Of a stretch of 64,000 nucleotides of DNA, positions 26,201 through 38,800 are shown in pieces; within the stretch, counting starts at the first letter, position 1, and every line of letters begins with the position of its first letter. The DNA is from Leucoraja erinacea (Eukaryota). Both the position numbers and the translations under genes were made by a program. The stretch covers positions 18,910,001-18,974,000 of the forward strand of contig NC_073396.1 of NCBI RefSeq assembly GCF_028641065.1, given 5' to 3'. Below the pieces are notes generated by a model that was not told the origin of the DNA, did no database searches, and saw only the letters and a list, made by a program, of their open reading frames with translations.

Positions 26201-29200
26201 TCACTTTACTGACTTTTGGCCATTCCCATGGGTTTAAGGCCACTGCTCTCTCCCTATGTCCCTTTCCACTTGGACAGATGGGCTGAGGAATGGCAAATGG
26301 AGTTTAATGCAGATCTTTGTTGTGTTTTGGGCAGACTAACAAGGGCAGTGAATGGGAGGGCCCAGGTGAGTGTTGTAGAACAGTGAGATGTAGGTGCAAG
26401 TGCATATCTCCTTGAAGGTGGCAATAGTGGTAGATAGGGTGGTCAAGAAGGCTTTTGGCACATTGGTCTTCATCAGTCAGGGTATTGAATATAAAATGTG
26501 GGATGTTATATTACAGTTTTACAAGATATTGGAGAATATCTAAATTTGGAATATTGTGTTCAGTTTTAGTTACCCTGGTATGGGGATGTTGTTAAGCTGG
26601 AAAGAGTGCAGAGATTTATGAAGATGTTGGCTGGACTTGAGGGCCTGAGCTATAGAGAGAGGTTGGGTAGGCAAGGACTTTATTACTTGGAGTGCAAGAG
26701 GCTGAGGGGCGATCTTACAGAGGTGTATAAAATCATGAGGGGGAATAGATGGGATGCATGAGGCAACCCCTCAGCGATGGGGAAAGTCTGTAAGTGCCGA
26801 GACTGGCAACAGGTGGGTGTAACGCTGGGCCATGTGAAGTACGGGAGGAGCTTTAAGGAAAGTAGATGTAAAGCGAGATGCCAAACTAGTCGAACAATTC
26901 GCAAATCAGCTGGGATTGAAAGGATAAAGTATCGGGCGAAAGTATCACAGTGAATCAGTTTCCAACTCGATAAGTCAGTCAGGGCCGTTAATGATTAAAA
27001 CTCTGCAACTAACAAATATTAACCCGTGCGAGAGAGGGGAAGAGGCATAGGCCATAGGTCCATGTGGCCAGGCATTTCACTGCAGCTAAACCACCCCCCA
27101 CCAAGACCATCGGCTCGACGGGACATGACAGGAGTGGACTGGATGGGACAAGACTGGACGGGGTCAGGAGGGGATAGAAGGGCCACAGGGTCTACCGTCC
27201 CAACACCAGGCCTTCCAGTTGCCAGCACTGAGGGGCGAGGACAAGGCAGGCGAGGACACTCACACACACACTGGACCATGGCTGCTCATGCACTGAGGTC
27301 AAACAACGAGCTGCATTTATTGGGGACTCTCCAGAGTTGGGGTGTGAGACAAGCTAACCCACCAGGGAGAGACTGAGCCGCTGGGAGCAGAGGAGGGGGC
27401 CATAGACTCCTCCTGAACTGACTGTGTGAAATACAGATTGTTGTTCCTTGACCTCTGCCCATGGAGCGGGGAAAGGGGGGGGGGGGGTTAGTGGAAATGG
27501 GAGGGGGCAGGACTAGGCAGTAGGGGGTGGAGGTGAAGGTGTCCCGGAGGGGCAGAGAGAGGGTGGAGGACAAGGGGGAAAGCACCACGTGGGAGGTGTG
27601 TGTGTGTGTGTGGAGCAGGATAGGAGAGGGGGGCAAGGCAGGGGGTCGGGGGAGATCTCTCAGTCGCGGCCACCCTCCTTACCCTGATAGACAAAGCGAA
27701 CGTTCTCCTCGTGTGCCGGCGTGTGTTCCTCGTCCTGTCGTGTCTCGGTGACCCCCGGCGACACGTAACGCTTGCCCGTCACTCGGTTGAAGACCAGTCT
27801 GGGGGCCGGGCCGCTGGGGGAGAGAGAGAGACAGGGTGACCACCAGGAGGAGACCGAGCCAGCGGCGGAGAGACTGACCCACTGGGAAATAGACTGAGCC
27901 AGTAGGAGTGGAGGAGCAGCCAAGACTCCCCCCCACACCAACTGCTTGAACACCTCCCTAACAGAAGACACAAAGTGCTGGAGTAACTCAGCGGGTCAGG
28001 CAGCATCTCTGGAGGACATGGATAAGTGACGTATTGGGTCCGGATCTCTTGTCAGGCTAGTAGGTGCCCAAGAGCTGTCTATCTTTGTGTCTATCTTTGA
28101 TACAATCCAGCATTTGCAGTACTTTGCATCTACACCTCCCTCCCAGACCCTGGTCTCAATGGGTAGAGTGTGACAGGGGTTTGGGGGGGGTGGACAGCAC
28201 CACCCCCAGATTCAGGAACAGCGTCATCCCCACCAGACTACAGAAGCGTCCTCTCAAGCTACGCTGCAGTCCTAATCTCCCAACCTACCTCATTGCGAAC
28301 TTTGGACATTTCCTCTGTAACTGTAATGCTGTAACATTATATTCTGCCCTCTGGTATTTTTCGCTTTGCACTCACCGCCTGTTGTACTGTATGCGGTTTG
28401 ATTGTACTTGTGTATGGTGTAATTTGGGTGGAGAGAGCACAAACAAAGGTTTTCACTGTATCTCGGTCCACGTGACACAACAAACCAACCCTGTAGTTCC
28501 AGCCCTGCTCGAGCATCAACGACTCTGGCCCACAGCAACGAACACACCCCCTTGAAGCAGTGGGCTGAGGGACCTATTTCCATGCTGTATCTAGACTAAA
28601 CTAAACTAGACTAGACTGTTCCATTATGATAGCTGTTTCTGGGGTTGTTTGGCCAAACATTTGTCCACTCAACATATCTGGATGGAGCCAGTTTGTTTGC
28701 AAATCCAGCTTTCCCCATGGACTCAAGAGTTTATTTTTCCAGGAACTTCATCGAGCTGGGCCTAAGGTCTGGACCAAACCCCGACCTATGAGTCAAAAGG
28801 ACCTCACTGGCAGCGCCAGGACCTGACAGGCAGTGGGACTGGTGTGCACCGCTGGCGAGGACCAGTCACCCAGTGATGCAGAGGTAGGCGGTGAGCGGAC
28901 ACTGACGGCCATGGAGCTGGTCAGTCAGTGAATGTGTCGGCACAGAACCAGAGTGAACAGGGGTCTGGGGCAAGTCAGTCAGTGAATGTTCGGGGCAGCC
29001 AGCAGTCCAGCACAGTCACAAGGCCAAGGGCAGTAACACCGACAGCCAAGGTCGGGCAAGTCACTCGGGAGTGGGAGCTCAGAAATGGACTTTGGTCCTG
29101 ACTGCAGCCGCTAGGCTGGTTAACGATCCCACTGGCTCACGTGGAACAAGGCAGTTGTGTGGCATTCGTTAACTGGCCAGGCTCGGCGACTCTACCCTCA

Positions 29201-31690
29201 CCATCCACTCTCCCCTCCCCTACCCTCACCATCCACTCTCCCCTCAAGGTTCACTCTCATAAGTTCATAAATCATAGGAGGAGAATTAGGCCATTCGGCT
29301 CCTCAAGTCTACTCTGCCATTCAATCATGGCTGATCTATCATTCCCTCAACCCCATTCTCCTGCCTTTTCTCCATAACCCCTGACACCCATACTATTCAA
29401 AAATCTGTCAATCTCTGCCTTAAAAATACCCGCTGACTTGACCTCCACTGCCATCTGTGGCAATGAATTCCACAGATTCACCACCCTCTGACTAAAGAAA
29501 TTCCTCTTCATCTCCTTTCTGAAGCTATGTCCCTTCCCCTCGCGGTGACTGATGGATTCACATTTAAACCACATCACATCGATTGTCCCCTCACAATTGA
29601 TCACCCCAACCCAACTCTGATTACAGGTTGCCCAACCAACCTCATTGAATAGTCATTGGAAACATTTGCAGGATACTCCATAAATCAATTCTGTATCTGT
29701 TCTGTTCCTGCCCTGGGAGAATGTGATGGGAGGGCATGAAGGAAGCTTCACTCTGTTTGACCCTGGGAGTACATTATTGGTCAGAGTAGAGGGAGCTTCA
29801 CTCTGTGTCTGACCTTCGGAGTGTGTGAAGGGTCAGTGCAGAGGGAGCTTCACTCTACATCCAGTCTTGGGTCATACAGTGCCCACCATAATGTTTGGGA
29901 CAAAGACCCACCATCATTTATTTATTTGCCTCTGTACTCCACAATTTGAGATTTATAATAGAAAAAATCACACGTAGTTAAAGTGCACATTGTCAGATTT
30001 TATTAAAGGCCATTTTTATACATTTTGGTTTCACCATGTAAAAATTACAGCAGTGTTTATACAGTACCCACTTTAACCACATGTGGGTTTTTTCTATTAC
30101 AAATCTCAAATTGTGGAGTAATATTATTCCAATGAATTAGATCATAAAGCTTTGAGAAAGAGTTTGTAATCTGTGATAGTGAACATATCTGTAATCAGAA
30201 GCCAATAGTTCAAAGTGCACTGATCCTGTCAATATTGTGGTGGGTTGTAAAACAATAAACTACAGACTGTAAAACTTGTGAATGAAAGGATTTTAGAACT
30301 GATTTGGATCATAATTAGAGGCAGAATTAAGCCATTCGGCCCATCAAGTCTACTCTGCCATTCAATCATGATTGATCCACCTTTCTCTCTCAACCCATTC
30401 TCCTGCCTTCTCTCCACTTCCATCAATCCTTTAAAACCATAACAATTCAAAAACGTGTCAATCCCCGTTTAAAAAATATCCAATGACAAATTCACCACAA
30501 TCTGGCTAAAGAAATTTCAGCTCAGGTATGCTGGATAACCGGTGAAACAGAGTTAGCGCCCACACAGATGATCGATGTTTCGGGTTGGACTCTACACCTC
30601 CAGCACCCGTCACCTCGTCCCTCTATCAACCAAATCACCAACCTTCCCCCACCTGGTCCTGGGCCACGTCCATCTCTTCCCTTCTCCTCAGTGTTTCTAT
30701 GGGCCGTAGGGCCCACACTTTGCTTCCTGCAAGAACTCGAGCCCCTTTGTCACCGCTTTCCCAGCCAGACTTCAGATGTGCCGTCTCTAACTCTCTCTTC
30801 TCTCAGCCATCCTCCTGGTTAAGGATTTACTCACTGTTACTGTCGGGCAAGGGGCTACAGTTTAGTTTAGAGACACAGAGGGAAACAAGCTCTTTGGCCC
30901 ACCGAGTCCGCGCCAGTCATTGATCACCCGTTCACACTAGTTCTATATTATCCAATTTTCCCACCCACGCCCTGCATACTAGGGTCAATTTATAGAGGTC
31001 AATTAACCTGCAAACCCGCACGTCTTTGCGATGTCGGGGGGGAAACCGGAGGAAACTCACGCGGTCACAGGGAGTACGTGCAAACTCCACACAGACAGCA
31101 CCCGAGATCAGGATCGGACCTGAATCCCTGGGACAGGGGCACGGGGCAAGGGCAGGGCGTTCAATGACAGAGCTCCCGGTGTTCGGGCGGGATCTGCCCG
31201 CCGGGCCGGTGTCCGGTTGTCGGGCGGGGGTCGGTTTCCCGGGACCTGGCAGTGCCGCACAGACTGTTGCAGCCGCCACATGGTCGCCCGGGGAGGAGCC
31301 GGCGTGAAGGTCACATTTACTCCCGGCGCTGCGGCTCCGATCCACCGGGCGGGCAGACTGCGCTTGTCCTGCCCGGACCGGCCCGTCCCACCCCGGGCTC
31401 GGGTGTCACCTTCACCGCAAGGTCATCGGGGTCGCAGCCCCCCCCCCCCCCTCCGGTCTCCGCCGCTGCCCCCCGGTACCACCTGGTCTCACCTCTCCGC
31501 CGGCTTCTGCTTCAAGTCGCAGCCGGGCTTGGCTTCGATCTGCTGGGACGGACCTGCGGGGGAGAGAGAGGCAGAGAGTGAGTCCCGGTCCCATCTCCCG
31601 GTCTCCCGGTGCCCCCTCCCCCCGGTCCCAGCTCCTACCCGTCCTCCGCTGCGTGGCCAGCCGGCTGGGCCCGCGGGTGATCGTGTACAT
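23288..31690 (-). CDS. MCRIP2: MAPK-regulated corepressor-interacting protein 2 (FAM195A). Exons 31690-31639, 31553-31493, 27813-27683, 24497-24387, 23355-23288 (140 aa)
   Basis: MYTITRGPSRLATQRRTG, PRLVFNRV, AHEENVRFV, AWQQV and FVPIDLEEWWAKQFLANI match MCRIP2 rather than MCRIP1. Phases are compatible (423 nt). Minus-strand AATAAA at 23173-23178. Confidence 0.95.
23385..23500 (-). repeat. ~52-bp minisatellite units (AGTGAAGCTCCCTCTACACTGTCCCATC)
   Basis: Two tandem units; reverse complement of the array at 29710-29858. Confidence 0.8.
29710..29858 (+). repeat. ~52-bp minisatellite, three units (CCCTGGGAG...AGAGGGAGCTTCACTCTG)
   Basis: Direct tandem repetition is visible. Confidence 0.85.
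29877..30120. mobile_element. Short truncated derivative of the same Tc1 family
   Basis: TA|CAGTGCCCACCATAATGTTTGGGACAAAGACCC left end similar to that at 48233, followed by a partial inverted copy. Confidence 0.85.
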
Positions 31691-31840
31691 GGTCCGTTCG
31701 CAACGCGCTCCAGTCCCGGCCGCCGGGCGGGCAGGCGCCGCCTCCCGGGGCCGCTTCCCGGGATCCGCCCCACTCCCGGCCGGAGCCGGCCCCCCCCCCC
31801 CGGGACCTCCCCTCCCCTTCCCTCCCTCCGGGGATCAGGC
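31130..31840 (-). promoter_or_regulatory. CpG island over the MCRIP2 promoter and exons 1-2
   Basis: Very high GC and CpG density around the ATG at 31690. Confidence 0.8.
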
Positions 31841-32149
31841 AAAGGACAAGGCAATGACAAGTCGAATTTAATTTGCACAAGTGTGAAGGTCAGCATGGCT
31901 GCGGTGGGCCGAAGGGCCTGTTTCGATGCTGTACAACTCTAACCTCGCACTTCATTCAGGGCCGCCAGCAAAGATCCTGTCGCAAGCTCTTTGGCCACCA
32001 GCCTCTCACCTCGCTCCTCACCCGGGAGATCCAAACCCGGCCGGAGCCACTCAGCACGGGGGGGTCACCTCTATGCGGCTCACGGTGGGTAAATGTAACT
32101 GGCGGTGATGAAGGGGGGAAGTCTGGATTGTGACCTTGTGTGTTAACAT

Positions 32150-32660
32150 AGAACAGAACAGCACAGGAACAGGTCCTTCGGGCCGCAATGTCTGTGCCGA
32201 ACATGATGCCAAAAGAAACGGATCTACTCAGCCCGACCCATATCCCTCCATCCCTTGAATATCTAGAAGCCTCTCAAACACCAGTCTTGTCTGCCCCCAC
32301 CACCACCCCTGGCACTCACCACCCTCTGTGACAAAAAAAAATTCCCTGCACATCTCCTTTAAACTTTACCCCTTTCACCTTAAAGCTATGCCCTCTAGTT
32401 TTTGACATTTCTACCCTGGGGAAATAAGTTCTGTCTATTCTATGTATCCCTCTCATCATTTTATATACTTCTATCAGGTCTCCCCGCAATCTCCAGTGTT
32501 CCAGAGAAAACAATCCAAGTCTGTCTAACCTCTCCCTGTAGCTGAAACTCTCTAATCCAGGCAGCATTCCGATTAACCCTCTCAGCACCCTTTCGGAAGC
32601 CTCTACATCCTTCCTGTAACAGGGTGACCAGAACTGCCCGCAATGCTCCAGGAGTGGCAC
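32150..32660 (-). mobile_element. CR1 LINE 3' fragment
   Basis: Peptide LEHCGQFWSPCYRKDVEASERVLR...SYRERLDRLGLFSLE..RLRGDLIEVYK. Confidence 0.85.
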
Positions 32661-35600
32661 AGTGGGCCGATGGGCCTGTTTCTGTGCTGCGGGGCTTTAT
32701 GACAGCAGGATATTACTGCAACTGCCCAGACCCAATACCCAGACTTCCCTAACCATCTTTGGCCTCACAGCGCCAGAGACCCGGGTTTGATCCTGACTAC
32801 AAGTGTCTGTACGGATTTTGTACGTTCTCCCAGTAACTGCATGAATTTTCTCTGGGTGGTCCAGTTTCCTCCCACATCCCAAAGACATGCAGGTTTGTGG
32901 GTTAATTGGTTTCTGGTAAATTGTCCTTAATGTGTAGGACAGAACTAATGTACAGGTGATCGTTGGTCGGCCCAGGCTCACTGGGCCAATGGGCCAGTTT
33001 CCAAGCTGTATCTATAAACTAAACTCAATTTCCCACAGTTCCGTGGGATGTGGTACAGAGTTAGGAACCCTGAGAGAAGATGGACTTAGGATGGAGGAGC
33101 AGGAAAGATAATAGGTTGAATAAAAAGAGATAGTCAGGTGGCAGGTAACTTTACAGTCATAGTCACACAGCATGGATGAACGCCCTTCAGCCCAACTTGC
33201 CCATGCTGACCAAGATGCCCCATCTACGCTAGTCCCACTTGCCTGTGTTTGGCCCATATCCATTTAAACCTATCCTATTCATGTACCTGCCACAAAACAA
33301 CCATCTCCAACAAGAGTCTGATCCTCACCATTCAATGGTATTACCGTCCCCAAGTCTTCTACCAACTTGTTGTATGTACTCTTGGCCAGAATGTCATGTG
33401 GACCTGCACAAGGTGTGGCTGGAGAGCAGGTCAGAGGCTAGGTGTCCATGAACAGGTAACTCCCCTCTTGATATCCCAAGGTTCTGCCACCATCTCCCAG
33501 ACACAAGCCAGGCCTGTGCCTTGCAAGGATGAGTGTCATCCCAACAACTCCAAGCTTGGCATTGTCTATGACATAGCAATCCACTTGATCAGCATTCCAT
33601 CGACCAACTGCAACTGCACTCCCTCCATCACCAGCGTAGTGGCTGCCATCAACAAAATGAACTGTAGTTACACTCCTGGGCAAATCTGATCACTTCCCAC
33701 ACCTCTCCTACCACACAGACCAGACTTCCCACCATTAACTCCACCCTCACTTCACGCTGCCTCGGAAAAGCAGTCATAATAATCAAAGATTTGTCCCACC
33801 CCAGTCATTCCTTTTTCTCCTTGCTCCTGTCTGGCAGAAGCTTGAAAGTGTGCACCACCAGACTGAGGAAGTGTTTTCCCCTCTGTTATCAGGCTTTTGA
33901 ATAGTCCTTCCTAGAATACCATCTGATTCACCTCTACCCCATTGCGGACATTGAACTTTGTCTATGGAACTGATGCGCTACAATGCTGAAAACTATCTTC
34001 TGCACTCTGTATGTTCCTTTTTGCTCAACCTAATGTACTTGCGATTGACTTGATTGTATTTATGTGTAGTATTATCTGATCTGTTTGGATAGCATGCAAA
34101 GCAAAGTTTTTCCACTGTACCTCGGTACACGTGACAACAATAAAGCGAAAGGAAAGACAAGGGCAGTCAGTGTGTGACACCTCCATCTGTGGAGACCCCC
34201 CTGAACCACACCCCATCTTGACCTGGATGTAAACTGCTGTTTTTTCATCATCACTGGGTCTGGGCCCAGGGCTGTGACACTTCAACAGGTCAGGGCAAGT
34301 CTGGGCCGATGGCTAAAACTGTACAGAGGGAGTGGTGGTAAACGGAATAAGGAATAAGAATAAGGGATAGGCCATGGGACTGAGATGAGGAAAAACCTTT
34401 TCACCCAGAGAGTTGTGAATCTGTGGAATTCTCTGCCATAGAAGGCAGTGGGGGCCAATTCACTGGATGATTCCAAGATATAGTTAGATTTAGCTCTTCA
34501 GGCTAAGGGGATCAAGGGATATGGGGAAAAAGCCAGAAGGGGGGTACTGATTTTGGATGATCAGCCATGATCATATTGAATGGCGGTGCAGGCTCGAAGG
34601 GCTGAATGGCCTACTCCTGCGCCAATTTTCTGGTTCTATTTTCTATGATTCTATGAATCCTTGTCAAACCTCCGGACAGGGGTGAACGTTCTTTGGCCAT
34701 TTGTTGTAAGATGAGCTGGGAGTTAACCCTGTGCTCTCAACAATCCTTATCCTCAGCAGCACCAGGGCAGGCCATTGGAACAATACCCCATGGCTGCTTA
34801 TCGGAGTTTGCTGAATACAAATTGGCTGCCCATGTTAATTGAATTGAAAAATTGAAAGATATTCCATGGAAACAGGCCCTTTGAATCCAAGCCGCCCATC
34901 AATCACCCGTTCACCACTAATTCTATGTTATCCCACTTTCTCATCCACTCCCTACACTCTCGGGTCAATTTTTACAGAGGCTACAAACCCGCAATTTTGG
35001 GATGTGGGAGGAAACCGGAGCACCCGGAGGAAACCAAATCAGTCACACGGAGAATATGCACTATGCATGTACAAACTGCCTATCCCAAGTAAATATATAA
35101 CAGTCATATTCCCGAACAACATCTGGTGCAGGGAAAGCAAATTTCTAAAATAAAATACAAGTCCCATGAGCTGTTCTTCAAATATTTACTGCTGAATAAA
35201 TAAGCTTTCTGTGGAAGCAACCCATTCTCAATCACAAACATTTCGTGGCCAGTCCTTGGATTGGAGACTGTGTCCTGCCGTCGAACACAGCGGAGTGCTG
35301 ACCCTCTCTCTCTCTCTCTCTCTGTGCTCCCTCTGGTATTGCTGGTGGTGTTCAACCAGTGGTCAGTGGGTGGATGTTCACCTGCCTCAGTGATCTGGCC
35401 TCCACACCCGCGTGCCAGGACCGCAGAAGCTGGGTTGCTGAATATGTTTACCGTGTATAAAGCGTCCTCTGAACAGGTGGGTGAGCTTTGGCTGTATCCC
35501 TGCCAAAAGCATCTCCCCCCCCCCCCCCCCAGAGTCAGGAGGTCGTCATCACTGAGCTGGGCTTTGGTGGATCTAACCACCATCCCCCCCGAGCGATACC

Positions 35601-35892
35601 AAACCTTGCGGAGCGGAGATCAGCAGGCCCGGTGTGGAGCACAGGTTGGGAATGGGCAGGGACATTAAATATACCACATACCAGAGGTTATAGTGAAAAC
35701 GTAATGAAAATATAATCACACACATGACAGAACGAAGAGAGACCAAGGTGCATTTTTGCATAGGTCATCTGGCCATAACGCAGGGCTGCTGTTGGGTGGG
35801 GAGATGGGCGGTGGGAATGTAATAAGTTCCCTCAGTTATAAATCTCTGTAACATTAACGTAATCCGTTTCTAGTCCAAATTTGGTGCACCAT

Positions 35893-38800
35893 TCACTGGG
35901 AAGGGATGCCTTTGTCCTTTTGCTCCAGCTTGTGGCCCACTCCTTCATACGTAGAGTTGTTCAGATTCTGCAAGGTTTTAAGTTTGGTCTCCAGATCCCT
36001 CCTCTGCTCCAGTATTCCTGTCAGTATGTGTAGGGTCTGCAGAACCCCGGGGCTCTCGGACCTGGCAACTGGAGTCCCTGCCGGAGACTCATAGCTCTTT
36101 GAGGGTTTTGCTTTCAACTGAAAAACAGAGAGAGATTTTTAAGAAAAAAATGTTTAGAATCGTGTTTTACATCATCAGAGAACTCCAGAGAACTTGAGAT
36201 ATCAGCAAACATGCAATTATTGTTATGTGGCCAAACACAGTGGTCAATTTAACACAAAGACCAGCAAACGATCAATGAATTATTGATCAATGTCACCAGC
36301 TCCTTACGTGGAGCTCGGAGAAGCAGCAAGCAGAAGCAGAGAGAGAAGAGACTACTGGCTTGAAGGTCCGTGGGAAAGAAGGGGTCCGAGGGAAAAAAAG
36401 TTTAAAACTGAGGAATTTGATTCGTAACTTGGTGAATTATCAGCCAATTTATCAGCCAATATAAACACGGTTGCTCTGGGAGAGCGGCCTTGAGAGGGAA
36501 GTGTGAGTCTTTGGCTCGAGAGTCTTGAGAGAAAAGAGTGAGTCTTTGGCTCGAGAGTCTTCGGCGAGGAGGCTGAGGAGAGGAGACTATGCCAAAAGCT
36601 GGAGAGGACGGGACGCAGTGAACACATGACGGGTAAGATGATTCCGTGTGATGCTTGCAGGATGTGGGAGGCCAGGGACACCGATGGAGCCTCTGCTGCT
36701 ACAACTGTGGTAAGTGTGTCCAGGTTCAGCTCCTGAAGGACCGTGTTGGGGCACTGGAGAAGCAGCTGGATGACCTCAGGGCCATCTGGGATAACGAGAG
36801 TTTCCTGGAGAGAACCTACAGCGAGGTTGTCTCGCCAAGGTTACAGGAAGAATGAAGGTGGGTGACTGAGAGAAAGGGGAGTAACCGTGGAGTGCGGGAG
36901 ACCCAGGCGGCTGTGCCTAATGAAAACAGGTACACCCTCTTGGGAGCTGTCGGGGGAGATGCTTCCAGTCCAATGGACTGCAATGCGAGTTTAGAGAGTT
37001 AGGAAGAAGACTGAAAAGCAGGACTTCTAGGGTGTTTATCTCTGGATTGCCTCCAGTACCTCATGCTAGTGAGGACAGGAACATGGAGATAGGGGATCTG
37101 AATGTGTGGCTGAGGGGCTGTTGCAGGGAGCAAGGATTTAGATTTATAGACCACTGGGATCTCTTCTGGGGTAGGGGTGATCTGTACAAAATGGACGGGT
37201 TACACCTTAACTGGAGGGGGACCGACGTTCTGGCAGGCAGGTTTGCTAGGGCTACACGTGTGGGTTTAAACTAAATGGTGGGGGGGAGGGATTGACAAAT
37301 TGGGAGTATAAAGATGGAGTTAAAGGGAAAGTGATTACAGGAAAAGTTACAAAAGACTCCCGAATTAATGGGAAGGAAAGTCCGAGAAGGGATAAGAGAA
37401 TAAAGTCAGGGTCAATAGGGACTGGAGTGAGAGGGGAGGTGAATACCGAAGTCAAAGTGTTGTACATAAATGCGTGAAGTATAAGAAATAAAGTGGATGA
37501 GCTTGAGGCTCAATTAGAAATTGGCAAGTATGATGTAATGGAAATTACAGCGACATGGCTGCAAGAGGGCCAGGCTGGGAACTGAATATTCAAGGGTATA
37601 CGTCCTATCGAAAAGACAGACAGGTGGGCAGAGGGGTGGGATAGCTCTGTTGGTGAGGAATGAAATTCATTCACTGGCAAAGGGTGACATTGAAACAGGA
37701 GATGTGGAGTTAGTATGGATAGAACTAAGGAATTGTAAGGGTAAAAAGACCCTAATGGGACATCTACAGGCCCATAAACAGTAGCCTGGATATAGGGTGC
37801 AAGTTGAATCAAGAGTTAAAATTGGCATGCGTAAAGGTAATGCTATGGTTGTTATGGGAGATTTCAACATGCAGGTAGACTGGGAAAATCAGGTTGGTAC
37901 TGGACCAGAAGGGAGTTTGTGGAGTGCCTCCGTGAGGGATTCTTAGAGCAGCTTGTACTGGAGCCATCCAGGGAGAAGGCAATTCTGGATTTAGTGTTGT
38001 GTAATGAACCTGATTTGATAAGGGAACTTGAGGTTAAGGAGCCATTAGGAGGTAGTGACCATAATATGATAAGTTTTAATCTACAATTTGAGAGAGAGTA
38101 GGATAAATCGGAGGTGTCAGCATTACAGTTAAACAAAGGGGCTATGGAGCCATGAGGGAGCAGCTGGCCAAAGTTGACTGGAAAGATACCCTAGCAGGGA
38201 TGATAGTGGAACAACAATGGCAGGTATTTCTGGGAATAACACAGAAGGTGCAGAATCAGTTCATTCCGAAGAGGAAGAAAGAGCAACAGAAGATAACTAA
38301 AAATGCAATACGGGGAGAAAAGATGAGGTACGAAGGTAAGCTAGCCAAGAATATAAAGGAGGATAGTAAAAGCTTCTTTAGGTATGTGAAGAGGAAAATA
38401 TTAGTTAAGACCAAAGTTGGACCCTTGAAGACTGAAAAGGGTGAATTTATTATGGGGAACAAGGAAATGGCAGATGAGTTGAACAGGTACTTTGGATCAG
38501 TCTTCACTTAGGAGAACACAAACAAAATCTCCCTGATGTACTAGCCAGACGATCTGGGGTGACGGAGGAACTGAAGGAAATTCACATTAGGCAGGAAATA
38601 GTGTTGGGTAGACTGATGGGACTGAAGGCTGATAAATCCCCAGGGCCTTGATGGTCTGCATCCGAGGGTACTTAAGGAAGTGGCTCTAGAAATTGTGGAC
38701 ACATTGGTGATAATTTTCCAATATTCTATAGATTCAGGATCAGTTCCTGTGGATTGGAGGGTAGCTAATGTTATCCCACTTTTTAAGAAAGGCAGGAGAG

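Noticed and set aside
31217-31942. 241-aa plus-strand ORF and overlapping ORFs
   Set aside because: Stop-poor artefact of the MCRIP2 CpG island; Pro/Arg/Gly-rich with no recognisable domain.
33249-33689. 146-aa ORF between MCRIP2 and the unidentified gene
   Set aside because: Appears to be a chimera of degenerate LINE fragments; no splice support.
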